Shown piece after piece: positions 26,409 through 35,425 of a DNA stretch of 64,000 nucleotides. Every line of letters begins with the position of its first letter. Positions within the stretch are counted from its first letter, which is position 1. A program made the position numbers and the translations under genes. The stretch comes from Patescibacteria group bacterium (GTDB lineage Bacteria; Patescibacteriota; Patescibacteriia; Patescibacteriales; JBAZCA01). The stretch covers positions 64,689 to 128,688 of the forward strand of contig JBAZCA010000003.1 of the NCBI GenBank assembly GCA_041671125.1, in the 5' to 3' direction. Under the pieces are notes generated by a model. It had not been told where the DNA came from, ran no database searches, and worked only from the letters and a program-made list of their open reading frames with translations.

Positions 26409-27520
26409 GCTTTTTCCGGATATAAGCTTAAGATGCTTTGTTCGTTCGCTTCGCAGATTCCCCGCTCGGTTATCAGACCGGTAATAAGCCTTGCCGGCGT
26501 TACGTCAAAAGCGAAATTGGCGGCCGGACTTTTTTCCGGCGCGATCAGCACTTTTTTTATTTCACCATTTTCCAGACCTTGAACGTATTTCACTTCGTCC
26601 GCGTTTCTTTCCTCAATCGGAATTTCTTTAACTCCATCGTGTAAATCCCAGTCAAAAGTGGAAGAAGGCAGAGCGACGTAGAAAGGGACATTATTATCTT
26701 TGGCGGCCAGGGCTTTTAAATAGGTGCCAATCTTATTGGCGACATCCCCGGTCCGGGTTGTCCGGTCAGTGCCAACGATTACCATGTCCACCAGGTCATT
26801 CTGCATTAAATGTCCGCCAGCATTATCAGTAATTATTGTATGCGCTACGCCATGCTCTCCGAGCTCCCAGGCGGTTAAAGAGGCGCCCTGATTTCTCGGC
26901 CGGGTTTCGTCAACCCAGACATGAATCTTTATTCCCTTATCAAAAGCCGCGTAAATCGGCGAAGTCGCTGATCCAAAATCAGTAAAAGCTAGCCAGCCGG
27001 CATTGCAATGGGTTAAAATATTTACGGTCTGGCCGTTCTTTTTGCGGCTTAGTTCTTCAATTAATTTTACGCCATGTTGGCCGATCGTCTGACAGAAACG
27101 GGCGTCTTCATCAGCAATTTCATTGGCAATTTTAAGAGCCGCGGCGATTTTTTCTTTTATCTCCTTCGCATCACTCATGGCCTTAAGCTGACGTTTTATA
27201 GCCCAAGCAAGGTTTATTGCCGTCGGCCGGGTGGCGATTAATTTTTTTCCAGCTTCATTCACCTGCCTTTGAAAATCTTCGCCAGACAAAAGCCCGCCCG
27301 CGTCCAAGGCAGAGAGATACATCCCGTATCCCGCCGTCGCGCCAATCAGTCCCGCACCCCTGACTTTCATTTCCCTGATAGCCCGCGCCGCGTCTTCCAC
27401 GGTTTTTAAATCCCTAATTACGAATTCGTGAGGAAGCCGGGTCTGGTCAATAATTTGTACCACCTTCGCGTCCCCCGGCTTGAGCCAGATTGTGCGGTAA
27501 TGTTTGTTGGATATTTTCAT
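26405..27520 (-). CDS. mtnA: S-methyl-5-thioribose-1-phosphate isomerase family (MtnA / eIF-2B-related)
   Basis: RTIWL...IDQTRLPHE...AIREMKVRGAGLIGATA...VGTDR. Confidence 0.85.
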   Translation of the reverse strand: MKISNKHYRTIWLKPGDAKVVQIIDQTRLPHEFVIRDLKTVEDAARAIREMKVRGAGLIGATAGYGMYLSALDAGGLLSGEDFQRQVNEAGKKLIATRPTAINLAWAIKRQLKAMSDAKEIKEKIAAALKIANEIADEDARFCQTIGQHGVKLIEELSRKKNGQTVNILTHCNAGWLAFTDFGSATSPIYAAFDKGIKIHVWVDETRPRNQGASLTAWELGEHGVAHTIITDNAGGHLMQNDLVDMVIVGTDRTTRTGDVANKIGTYLKALAAKDNNVPFYVALPSSTFDWDLHDGVKEIPIEERNADEVKYVQGLENGEIKKVLIAPEKSPAANFAFDVTPARLITGLITERGICEANEQSILSLYPEKA

Positions 27521-27764
27521 AACTAAATCATACCTTAATTGGGTAAAAAATAAAGGGCAATTACATTTATTATAAAAACATCTCCCGCGAAGGAGATGTT
27601 TATTGTATGTAGAGCGCTACGTAACACATGACAAACTTTCTTAGAAGGCCTGGTTTGTGAAATTCAGTAGTGAATTTTAACTCAAACGAATTCAAACAAA
27701 CGAAAACATTAGACTTTTTTATTGATTAGCTATAATATATAAATATTAAAATTAACAACTATTT

Positions 27765-28112
27765 ATGCTTGATGAACGCCCTGGGGAAAATCTTCATCAG
27801 GAAAATACCGGACTAGATGGAGATTTAATTTATATAATTTATGGAATTACAAACAGAATTGAAGGGCGCTCAGGTTTAGAGCCCCTGCCGACGGTTGAAG
27901 AATATCTGGAGCAAAAAAAGAAGGAGGGGTGGTCGCCTGACCTAATTAATGACTTTAAACAAAGATGCAGAAAAGAAAAGATTGCCGAATATAACACATT
28001 GGTCAAAGAATTTAATAGTGAAATTGAAGAAATAAAAGACGACATACCAGTTCTCAAGGAATGGATTAACAAATTTACAATGTTGGTTACCGGAAGAAAT
28101 ATGAATGAATAA
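27765..28112 (+). CDS. Hypothetical protein
   Basis: 115-aa ORF followed by a terminator. No family recognised. Confidence 0.5.
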   Translation: MLDERPGENLHQENTGLDGDLIYIIYGITNRIEGRSGLEPLPTVEEYLEQKKKEGWSPDLINDFKQRCRKEKIAEYNTLVKEFNSEIEEIKDDIPVLKEWINKFTMLVTGRNMNE

Positions 28113-28138
28113 GGGCATAGTATAAACCTCAATTAAAA

Positions 28139-28160
28139 AACCGGGCCTTAACCCGGTTTT
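28139..28160 (+). terminator. Rho-independent terminator
   Basis: Stem ccggg/cccgg with an A-run before and TTTT after. Confidence 0.7.
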
Positions 28161-28281
28161 ATGTCGCAAAATTTTAGCTTGCTTTCCTTAAATTTCATTA
28201 ATTAACAAAACCTAAGGAAAGGGCGGGTCGGAGAATCTTTTCGGGATGAAAAGTCCGACCTGCCGGGCATTAGATGGTTGT

Positions 28282-28923
28282 TCAAAGCTTTTCACTCAAA
28301 TCCATTCTTGAAAAATTATCATCGCTGGGTTTTAAGCACCACGTTACGCCGGGAATTGTCTTGGTTAAGGCGACTAGCATAGGCCCTAAAATCCTTTCGC
28401 CAGTCAATATTGAGAGACCTTTTTCGGCCGACCAACGTATATCAACAATTGATCCTTCGACTCCAGTGATATGAACTGCGACTAAGTCTTCGTACCATTT
28501 CGGAACGGGAACCTTAATCTCCAAGATGTTTTCTATCCACGGCCAAAGTTTGCCCAGGTCTTCTCTTTTTACTCTACCTCTTGATTCACCTCCTTTCTTT
28601 ATTTCATGGACATAATTGGCTGAAGTGATAAAAGATTTAAGGGGTAGCGTCCTGCTTTCCTGTTGCGACAAAAATTCATCAAGAACAAATACCTGTTCTT
28701 TAAAATCTATTCTATAATTTCTTCCTGTTTCTTCGCCTGCCCTATCTAGCTCCATCAGCAGGACTTTTACCACCCTTGCTATACTATCCGCGGGGAGTGT
28801 CCCGCCTTGGCGAATATAAGTATTAAGCTGGGTTCTCTGAACCTTAGCCAATCTGGCTACGCCAACTTGCGTAATATTACCCACGCCATCAAAAATATCA
28901 GCAATCGCTTTTTTAAAATCCAT
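28282..28923 (-). CDS. Hypothetical protein with N-terminal HTH (XRE-like)
   Basis: Start moved to the ATG at 28923, preceded by AAAGGAGGAATAAAG. N-terminus ITQVGVARLAKVQRTQLNTYI is HTH-like. The C-terminal ~140 aa are unrecognised. Confidence 0.6.
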   Translation of the reverse strand: MDFKKAIADIFDGVGNITQVGVARLAKVQRTQLNTYIRQGGTLPADSIARVVKVLLMELDRAGEETGRNYRIDFKEQVFVLDEFLSQQESRTLPLKSFITSANYVHEIKKGGESRGRVKREDLGKLWPWIENILEIKVPVPKWYEDLVAVHITGVEGSIVDIRWSAEKGLSILTGERILGPMLVALTKTIPGVTWCLKPSDDNFSRMDLSEKL

Positions 28924-28977
28924 CTTTATTCCTCCTTTATGCATCATGAAATGAACAAAAACTTAAGAGCCATGACT

Positions 28978-29006
28978 TTGACAACCTGGAAAAACCGTAC
29001 TATACT
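28978..29006 (+). promoter_or_regulatory. Sigma-70-type promoter (TTGACA-17 nt-TATACT) for the TrmB-like gene
   Basis: Read directly. A perfect 12-bp palindrome CACCATATGGTG at 29026-29037 lies between the -10 and the ATG. Confidence 0.55.
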
Positions 29007-29057
29007 CTATATGAGTGGCCAATACCACCATATGGTGATAATTAACATATATCTAAT

Positions 29058-29801
29058 ATGTACGAAAATACTTTAGAAGTTCTGGGGCTCTCCCCTAATG
29101 AAGCTAAAATATACGAAACGTTAATATTCTCCGGTAGATCTTCGGTTTCCCAGATTGCCAATAAAGGAAATATCCATCGCCGAAACGTTTATGATACCTT
29201 AAACCGGCTCCTGGAAAAGGGTCTGATTTTCCAGATATTCCAGAAAGGAGAAAATATTTACGAAGCGGTTGATCCGGAAAAACTCTTAGAGCTAATCGGC
29301 GAAAAAGAGCAGAAGCTGAAAAAAATTCTTCCGGAAATGCAGAGGATGTATAAAAAAAATCCTTCCGATGAGACCGCCTTTATTTACAAGGGTGTGGAAG
29401 GATTTAAGAATTATATGCGCGATCTCGTCCGGGTAGGAAAGACAACTTACTTTATCGGCGCCAAAGCTCTCTGGTTTACCCCGAATGTTCCGGAGCATTT
29501 CCTTACTAATTTTCAAAAAGAAATGGCGAAGAAAAAAGTCAGGTATTACACCATCTTTGATCATCAGGTAAAATTAAAAATGCCCGAAGCGATTAGCAGG
29601 GTTGGTGGAGAATACCGAATATTTCCGGAAAAATATTCAACACCGGGGGTATGCGATATTTTCGGCGATTATGTCGTAACTTTCAATAGCGTCGACGTTG
29701 GCAATTTCGGGGAGAATGGTACGATATTTGTCATGAAGAATAAAAAACTCGCTGAAAATTTTCGCGTTTGGTTTCAGTTTATGTGGGATAATTTGAAATA
29801 A
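29058..29801 (+). CDS. TrmB family transcriptional regulator
   Basis: LEVLGLSPNEAKIYETLIFSGRSSVSQIANKGNIHRRNVYDTLNRLLEKGLI. Confidence 0.8.
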   Translation: MYENTLEVLGLSPNEAKIYETLIFSGRSSVSQIANKGNIHRRNVYDTLNRLLEKGLIFQIFQKGENIYEAVDPEKLLELIGEKEQKLKKILPEMQRMYKKNPSDETAFIYKGVEGFKNYMRDLVRVGKTTYFIGAKALWFTPNVPEHFLTNFQKEMAKKKVRYYTIFDHQVKLKMPEAISRVGGEYRIFPEKYSTPGVCDIFGDYVVTFNSVDVGNFGENGTIFVMKNKKLAENFRVWFQFMWDNLK

Positions 29802-29813
29802 TAGAATACAATT

Positions 29814-30698
29814 ATGGTTCGGGATCAAAAAATTGAAATTTGCAAAAAAACAAGGGCTTACGCGCAGGAATGCCTGGTTAAGGTAATGAAAAAAGTTTTA
29901 GCTAAGGACCTAACGCCATCCGAGATTGAGATTAGGGATATGTGGCTCTCTGAACTTAGAAAAAATAACGCTATTTTACCGGACGGCTGGTATTCTCCGC
30001 CGCCTAACGGAATCGGCGTGCTTATCGGAACCGATAATGATAGGGAGGCGAGCCGGTTAAATTACAAAAGCATGAGACCCGAGGAAATCTGGCCGAGGGA
30101 CGACGTCCGCCTAAATACCAAAAACGGCATTATTTACGCCTACGCTTCCCCCGTGGATAGGGAGACCGGTATTATCGGGGATTTTGGGGTTACGCTCTAC
30201 TTTGGTAAAAAGAAAGAGATTATTAATCATCTGGTCTTATGTTACGGCATCGTCAGACAAGTCTTTGAATACGTGGAATCCGGGATGACATTTTCCCAAA
30301 TCGCCGAATACATGAAAGTCTTAATCGGTTCACTCGGACTAAATAACGAAATTGAGGCTCGGACCAGTCCGGCTCCGGCCGATGATGTCGGGCATACTAT
30401 TCCTTTTATCATGGAAAACATAACCGAAGAAGAAACAGTCACGCTGGCGAGCGGAAATCAAAATAAAATCAATAAGATGATAAGCGAGAAAAGAATTTTT
30501 GTCCGGGCCGGCGAAGAACAAATCGTTAAAAAAGGCATGGCTTTTACCATTGAACCAAGGCCAAAAGTCATAGGTAACCCTAAAATTCCCATGGTGTCGC
30601 TCCATTCAATCTGCGCGTTTCGTGAAAACGGCAAAAAAGAACTGCTTACAAATTTTAATCAGCTGTTTGATTTGGCCGGAATGTCCTATATGAAATAA
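29814..30698 (+). CDS. Hypothetical protein, possibly M24/pita-bread-fold-like
   Basis: Spaced motifs VDRETGIIGDFGVT, VGHTIPF, GMAFTIEPR and ENGKKELLT resemble the M24 peptidase/creatinase layout, but not all metal ligands are evident. Confidence 0.4.
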   Translation: MVRDQKIEICKKTRAYAQECLVKVMKKVLAKDLTPSEIEIRDMWLSELRKNNAILPDGWYSPPPNGIGVLIGTDNDREASRLNYKSMRPEEIWPRDDVRLNTKNGIIYAYASPVDRETGIIGDFGVTLYFGKKKEIINHLVLCYGIVRQVFEYVESGMTFSQIAEYMKVLIGSLGLNNEIEARTSPAPADDVGHTIPFIMENITEEETVTLASGNQNKINKMISEKRIFVRAGEEQIVKKGMAFTIEPRPKVIGNPKIPMVSLHSICAFRENGKKELLTNFNQLFDLAGMSYMK

Positions 30699-30732
30699 TG
30701 GCCTGTTTTTAGATATATCGACCAATCAAAAA

Positions 30733-30757
30733 ACCGGGCGATAAACCCGGCTTTTTT
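30733..30757 (+). terminator. Rho-independent terminator
   Basis: Stem ccggg/cccgg followed by a T-run. Confidence 0.7.
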
Positions 30758-30771
30758 ATACTCTTGCTTGA

Positions 30772-30846
30772 TGGTAGTCCCTAGGGGAATCGAACCCCTG
30801 TTACCAGGATGAAAACCTGGTGTCCTAACCACTAGACGAAGGGACC
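30772..30846 (-). tRNA. tRNA-Glu (TTC), CCA encoded
   Basis: Reverse complement is GGTCCCTTCGTCTAGTGGTTAGGACACCAGGTTTTCATCCTGGTAACAGGGGTTCGATTCCCCTAGGGACTACCA. Confidence 0.9.
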
Positions 30847-31120
30847 GTAATAATAAATTCCAAAATCCAAATTACAAATTACAAATTACAAAAATTTGAA
30901 AAAAGAAAAGCTCTTTTTTTAGAGCTTTCTTTATTATAACAAAAAACCGCGGCTTGTCAATAATTTCGCTAAAATTGACGTAATATTTTACTTGTTAAAT
31001 TTACTAAGGTATAATAAAATCAATAAATTCAAACATTTAAAAATTTGGCGCTGTATAAAGTTTATATGGCATTTTAACGTAAAAACAGCCTGATAAATTT
31101 AATTCTGCCACGCTCTAACC

Positions 31121-34066
31121 ATGTCCGATAAAAAACCAAAACTATTAATAATTGACGGCAACGCGCTTATCCACCGGAGTTTTCACGCCTTGCCGGCGAC
31201 CATGATGACTAAAAGCGGGGAAATAACCAACGCGGTTTACGGCTTTATCATGATCCTTTTAAAATCTTTAAAAGACATAAAGCCCGAATACGTGGCTTTG
31301 ACGCTGGACAAAAAAGGCCGAACTTTCCGGCATGAAGCTTTTGACGATTACAAGGCGCACAGGGTCGCCGCGCCCATGGAATTATATAAGCAGATCCCGC
31401 GGATTAAGGAATTCGCGAGGGCTTTAAATATTCCCATTTATGAGATGTCAGGCTATGAGGCTGACGACCTTATCGGGACGATTTCGCGGAAAGTTGACGG
31501 CAAAGTTGAAAAAATTATCGTTACCGGCGACCTGGATACGCTCCAGCTCGTAAACGACCATACCAAAGTCTATACCATGTCGCACGGCCTTTCTGATAGC
31601 GTCATTTACGACGAAAAAAAAGTCCGCGAACGCTTTGACGGCCTGGGGCCGGAGAGTATGGTTGATTATAAAGCCTTGCGCGGTGACCCGTCGGATAATA
31701 TTCCGGGCGTGCCGGGCATTGGCGAAAAAACCGCCATTGAGCTTTTAAAAAAATTTAAAACCCTGGACGGGATTTATAAGTATTTAGACGGCAGACATGG
31801 AGAGGTGGTGGATAAAACTGATGAAAAAATTAAACCCCGCATCGCCGATTTACTCGTAAACAACAAAAAGCAAGCTTACTTAAGCCAAAAACTCGCCCGG
31901 ATTGAATGCGCGGCTAAAATTGATTTTGATTTAAATGAAACCAAATTCGGAGAATTTGATAAAGAAAAAATCATAAAACTTTTTGACGAACTGGAATTCC
32001 GGTCTCTTCTCGCGCGGATAAATGACATCGGGATTAAAATATCTGGGGACGAAAAAACCGGCGCTCAAAATTCCGGCGAACCCGCCGAGGATAAATTTGA
32101 AAGAAATAAAAAATCATTTAAATATTGGCTCGTGGACGATAAAAAATCATTTGAAAAATTCATTACTGTTCTGAAAAAACAAAAAATTTTCAGCCTGGAT
32201 ACGGAAACTTCGGGCTTTGACGCCCATTGCTCCCGACTGCTCGGCATCAGCTTCAGCTGGAAAGAAGGCGAAGCCTGGTTTATCAAAGTAAAAAACCAGG
32301 CCAATAAAAAAGCCTGCTTAAAAGGCGCGAGAAACCTCAATTTATTCGCTAACCCGGAAACCGAAGACGTTTTCCCGGCGGCCGCTTCCGGAAAAGACGG
32401 CCTTGAACTAAAAACGATCACTGCCGCGTTAAAAGCAATTCTCTCTGACCCGAAGATAAAAAAAGCCGGCCATAACATAAAGTTTGATTATAAAATCCTG
32501 AAAATAAGCGGGCTTTATACGGCCGGAATTTACTTTGACACCATGATCGCCTCTTATCTTTTAAACCCCGGCAGCCGCCAGCACGGGCTTGACGCTTTAG
32601 CCCTCTCAGAACTCGGCTTTGAAAAAATTTCCAAAGAAGATATTTTAGGTAAGGGAAAAAACAAAATCACCTTTAGCGAAATTGACGCCGAAAAATTAAG
32701 CCTTTATTCCTGCGAAGACGCTGATTTTACTTTCCGGCTTTTTAAAAAACTTAAAAAAGAGTTACCGGATCGCGGCCAGGAAAAACTTTTTCATGAAATT
32801 GAAATGCCTTTGGTTCCGGTACTCGCTGATATGGAACTCGCCGGAATAAAAATTGACGCGAAGTTTTTAGGAAACATGGAAGAAAAAATAAAAAAAGAAA
32901 TCGCCGGGCTGGAAGAAAAGATCTGGAAATTATCCGAAAAAAAATTTAACATCAACTCAACCAAACAGCTCAAAGAAATTTTATTCGTAAACTTAGGAAT
33001 TTCCACCCTTGGCGTGGGAAAAGGAAAAACCGGTTTTTCCACCTCGGCCGACGAACTTTTTAAATTAAAAGACAAACATCCAATAATCCGGCCTTTAATG
33101 GAATACCGGGAACTTTCAAAACTCCAAAGCACCTACGTAAAGGCTCTCCCTGAACTGATTAACGAAAAAACCGGCCGAGTCCACACCAGCTTTAACCAAT
33201 CCGTAACTTCTACCGGCCGGCTTTCCTCAACCGAACCAAATCTGCAAAACATCCCGATCCGCACCGAACTCGGCCGGGAAATAAGAAAAGCCTTTATCGC
33301 CGAGCCCGGCTTCTCGCTTCTTTCCGCCGATTATTCGCAGATTGAACTCCGGCTCGCGGCCCACGCTTCGGGCGACAAAAAAATGCTAAAAGCTTTTAAG
33401 GAAGGGCTGGATATCCATTCGGCCACGGCCGCCGAAATAAACAATGTTCCGCTTGATAAAGTTACGCCCGAAATGCGCCGCGAAGCCAAAGCCGTTAACT
33501 TCGGCATAATCTACGGCCAGGGTCCGCGCGGCCTTTCCGAATCGGCAGACATCCCATACGACCGGGCCAGGGAATTTATCAGCGAATATTTTAACGTTTA
33601 CGCGGACGTAAAAAAATATATTGACGAAAGCATAGAAACCGCGCGGGAAAAAGGCTATGCCGAAACTTTGTTCGGCCGGAAAAGATATTTGCCGGAAATA
33701 AATTCCCCGGCCATCCAGATTAAAAAATCCGCTGAACGCATGGCCATCAACACGCCGCTCCAGGGCGCGGCCGCCGACATGATTAAAATCGCCATGATTG
33801 AAATTTCGCGAAAAATAAACGAATATAAAGCGAATAACAACGAATCAATTTCCGGTAAAAAAAATACCGGTCAGGATAACAGCGAAATCAGGATGCTTTT
33901 GCAGGTCCATGACGAGTTGCTTTTTGAGGTGAGAGAGGATAAAATCCAGGAGTGGTCAAAAATCGTAAAAAACACCATGGAAGGCGTAGTAAAACTTAAA
34001 GTCCCGATTATTGTTGATATAAAAGCCGGAAAGAATTGGGGGGAGATGGAGGCGGTTAATATTTAA
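31121..34066 (+). CDS. polA: DNA polymerase I
   Basis: 5'-3' exonuclease N-terminus (LLIIDGNALIHRSFHA), a 3'-5' exo-like middle domain, and pol motifs DYSQIELR and QVHDELLFE. Confidence 0.95.
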   Translation: MSDKKPKLLIIDGNALIHRSFHALPATMMTKSGEITNAVYGFIMILLKSLKDIKPEYVALTLDKKGRTFRHEAFDDYKAHRVAAPMELYKQIPRIKEFARALNIPIYEMSGYEADDLIGTISRKVDGKVEKIIVTGDLDTLQLVNDHTKVYTMSHGLSDSVIYDEKKVRERFDGLGPESMVDYKALRGDPSDNIPGVPGIGEKTAIELLKKFKTLDGIYKYLDGRHGEVVDKTDEKIKPRIADLLVNNKKQAYLSQKLARIECAAKIDFDLNETKFGEFDKEKIIKLFDELEFRSLLARINDIGIKISGDEKTGAQNSGEPAEDKFERNKKSFKYWLVDDKKSFEKFITVLKKQKIFSLDTETSGFDAHCSRLLGISFSWKEGEAWFIKVKNQANKKACLKGARNLNLFANPETEDVFPAAASGKDGLELKTITAALKAILSDPKIKKAGHNIKFDYKILKISGLYTAGIYFDTMIASYLLNPGSRQHGLDALALSELGFEKISKEDILGKGKNKITFSEIDAEKLSLYSCEDADFTFRLFKKLKKELPDRGQEKLFHEIEMPLVPVLADMELAGIKIDAKFLGNMEEKIKKEIAGLEEKIWKLSEKKFNINSTKQLKEILFVNLGISTLGVGKGKTGFSTSADELFKLKDKHPIIRPLMEYRELSKLQSTYVKALPELINEKTGRVHTSFNQSVTSTGRLSSTEPNLQNIPIRTELGREIRKAFIAEPGFSLLSADYSQIELRLAAHASGDKKMLKAFKEGLDIHSATAAEINNVPLDKVTPEMRREAKAVNFGIIYGQGPRGLSESADIPYDRAREFISEYFNVYADVKKYIDESIETAREKGYAETLFGRKRYLPEINSPAIQIKKSAERMAINTPLQGAAADMIKIAMIEISRKINEYKANNNESISGKKNTGQDNSEIRMLLQVHDELLFEVREDKIQEWSKIVKNTMEGVVKLKVPIIVDIKAGKNWGEMEAVNI

Positions 34067-34074
34067 ATAATGCT

Positions 34075-35421
34075 ATGAATTTTTATAAAGAGAAGCTAAA
34101 AAAACTCAATAGTTTTACCTTTGACAGCTTTAAACTGGATAAAGAGAAAGGGGAGGTTTTTTTTAGTTATAATTTAGGTGAAAATTATAAGTTTACGGAA
34201 ACACTGCGGTTTGAGGTAAGAAAAATTGATTGGAATAAAGTTAACGAGGCGGCTTTAAACAAGGTTTTATTTAATTTGCATCTCATCATCGGTATAAGCT
34301 ACTGGAAAACCTTCTGTCCTAAAAAAATAATCGTCAATTCCGGCAGTTTGAGTAAAAAGCAGTCCGAGTTTTGGAACAAAGTATACGGAATCGGTTTGGG
34401 AGAATTTTATTATAAAAATAATATAGATTTTCGCGGATTGGCAATATTCCCTTATGGAAAGAATATATCCGGGTCCGCGAATCTTAGCCTTAAAGACCGG
34501 GCGCTGGTTCCGATCGGCGGAGGAAAAGATTCCATCGCGGCGGCTGAAATTTTAAAAGAAAATAATATTGATTTTTCTTTATTCAGCCTCCGGGACAGCA
34601 AAGTCCAAAAGAATGTATCTAAAATAATCGGCAAAGACAGAATTATTATCGGCAGGACAATGGATAGAAGCTTTTTTGATCTAAGTAAAAAAGCTTACCA
34701 GGGGCATATTCCCGTTTCGTTCATTTTTTCCTTCACCGCTCTTTTAGCGGCCATTTTATACGACTATAAATACATAGTTTTCGCTAACGAACATAGTTCC
34801 AACTTCGGCAATGTCGCCTATCTGGGATTCAATATCAACCATCAATATTCAAAATCGCTCGAAGCCGAAAAGAATTTTATAAGTTACGTCCACGATTACA
34901 TATCGCCCGACATTCATCCTTTCAGCCTGCTAAGGCCTTTTTCGGAATTAAAAATTGTCCAAATTTTTTCCAGGCATAAAAAATATTTTTCATCGTTTTC
35001 CAGCTGTTCTAAAAGCCTGAAATTTTTAAGCCCGAGCACCCGGAGATGGTGCGGAAAATGTCCGAAATGCGCCTTTGTTTTTTCCCAACTCGCCGCCTTC
35101 CTGCCGAAAAAGGAGGTTAAAAAAATATTCGGTAAAAACCTTTACGCCGATAAAAAACTGCTAACCCTTTACCTTGAATTGCTGGGCGAAAAGGACTTAA
35201 AGCCTTTTGACTGCGTCGGAACCCCGGAAGAAGTTAAAGCGGCGATGATTCTTGCTTTGAAAAATAAAGATTTTTCTAATGATTACATAATCAGGTATTT
35301 TCGCGATAAAATCCTGCCGGAAATAAAAAACCCGAAGGCGTTGGTTAAAAAAGTTTTAAACGCGAGGGAGGGTGATCGCGCGCCAAAAAAATTTCGCTCC
35401 ATAATAAAAAAGGTGAAGTAA
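34075..35421 (+). CDS. Hypothetical ATP-pyrophosphatase-like protein (PP-loop-like GGGKDS); candidate MurL-type epimerase
   Basis: VPIGGGKDSIAAAE resembles the SGGxDS PP-loop, and a CGKCPKC motif is present. Translationally packed directly upstream of a MurD-type ligase. The assignment is by context only. Confidence 0.4.
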   Translation: MNFYKEKLKKLNSFTFDSFKLDKEKGEVFFSYNLGENYKFTETLRFEVRKIDWNKVNEAALNKVLFNLHLIIGISYWKTFCPKKIIVNSGSLSKKQSEFWNKVYGIGLGEFYYKNNIDFRGLAIFPYGKNISGSANLSLKDRALVPIGGGKDSIAAAEILKENNIDFSLFSLRDSKVQKNVSKIIGKDRIIIGRTMDRSFFDLSKKAYQGHIPVSFIFSFTALLAAILYDYKYIVFANEHSSNFGNVAYLGFNINHQYSKSLEAEKNFISYVHDYISPDIHPFSLLRPFSELKIVQIFSRHKKYFSSFSSCSKSLKFLSPSTRRWCGKCPKCAFVFSQLAAFLPKKEVKKIFGKNLYADKKLLTLYLELLGEKDLKPFDCVGTPEEVKAAMILALKNKDFSNDYIIRYFRDKILPEIKNPKALVKKVLNAREGDRAPKKFRSIIKKVK

Positions 35422-35425
35422 GTTT

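Noticed and set aside
28213-28275. GGAAAGGGCGGGTCGGAG...AAAGTCCGACC, briefly considered as an RNase P RNA-like fragment (GAAAGTCC motif)
   Set aside because: It is only a single ~60-nt hairpin between convergent genes, so it is far too short and lacks the other conserved RNase P regions. It is most simply a terminator structure.
27540-30846. Integrative element at tRNA-Glu
   Set aside because: No integrase or recombinase is present, and I could not find a direct repeat of the tRNA-Glu 3' end at the distal boundary. It is kept only as an accessory-looking block.
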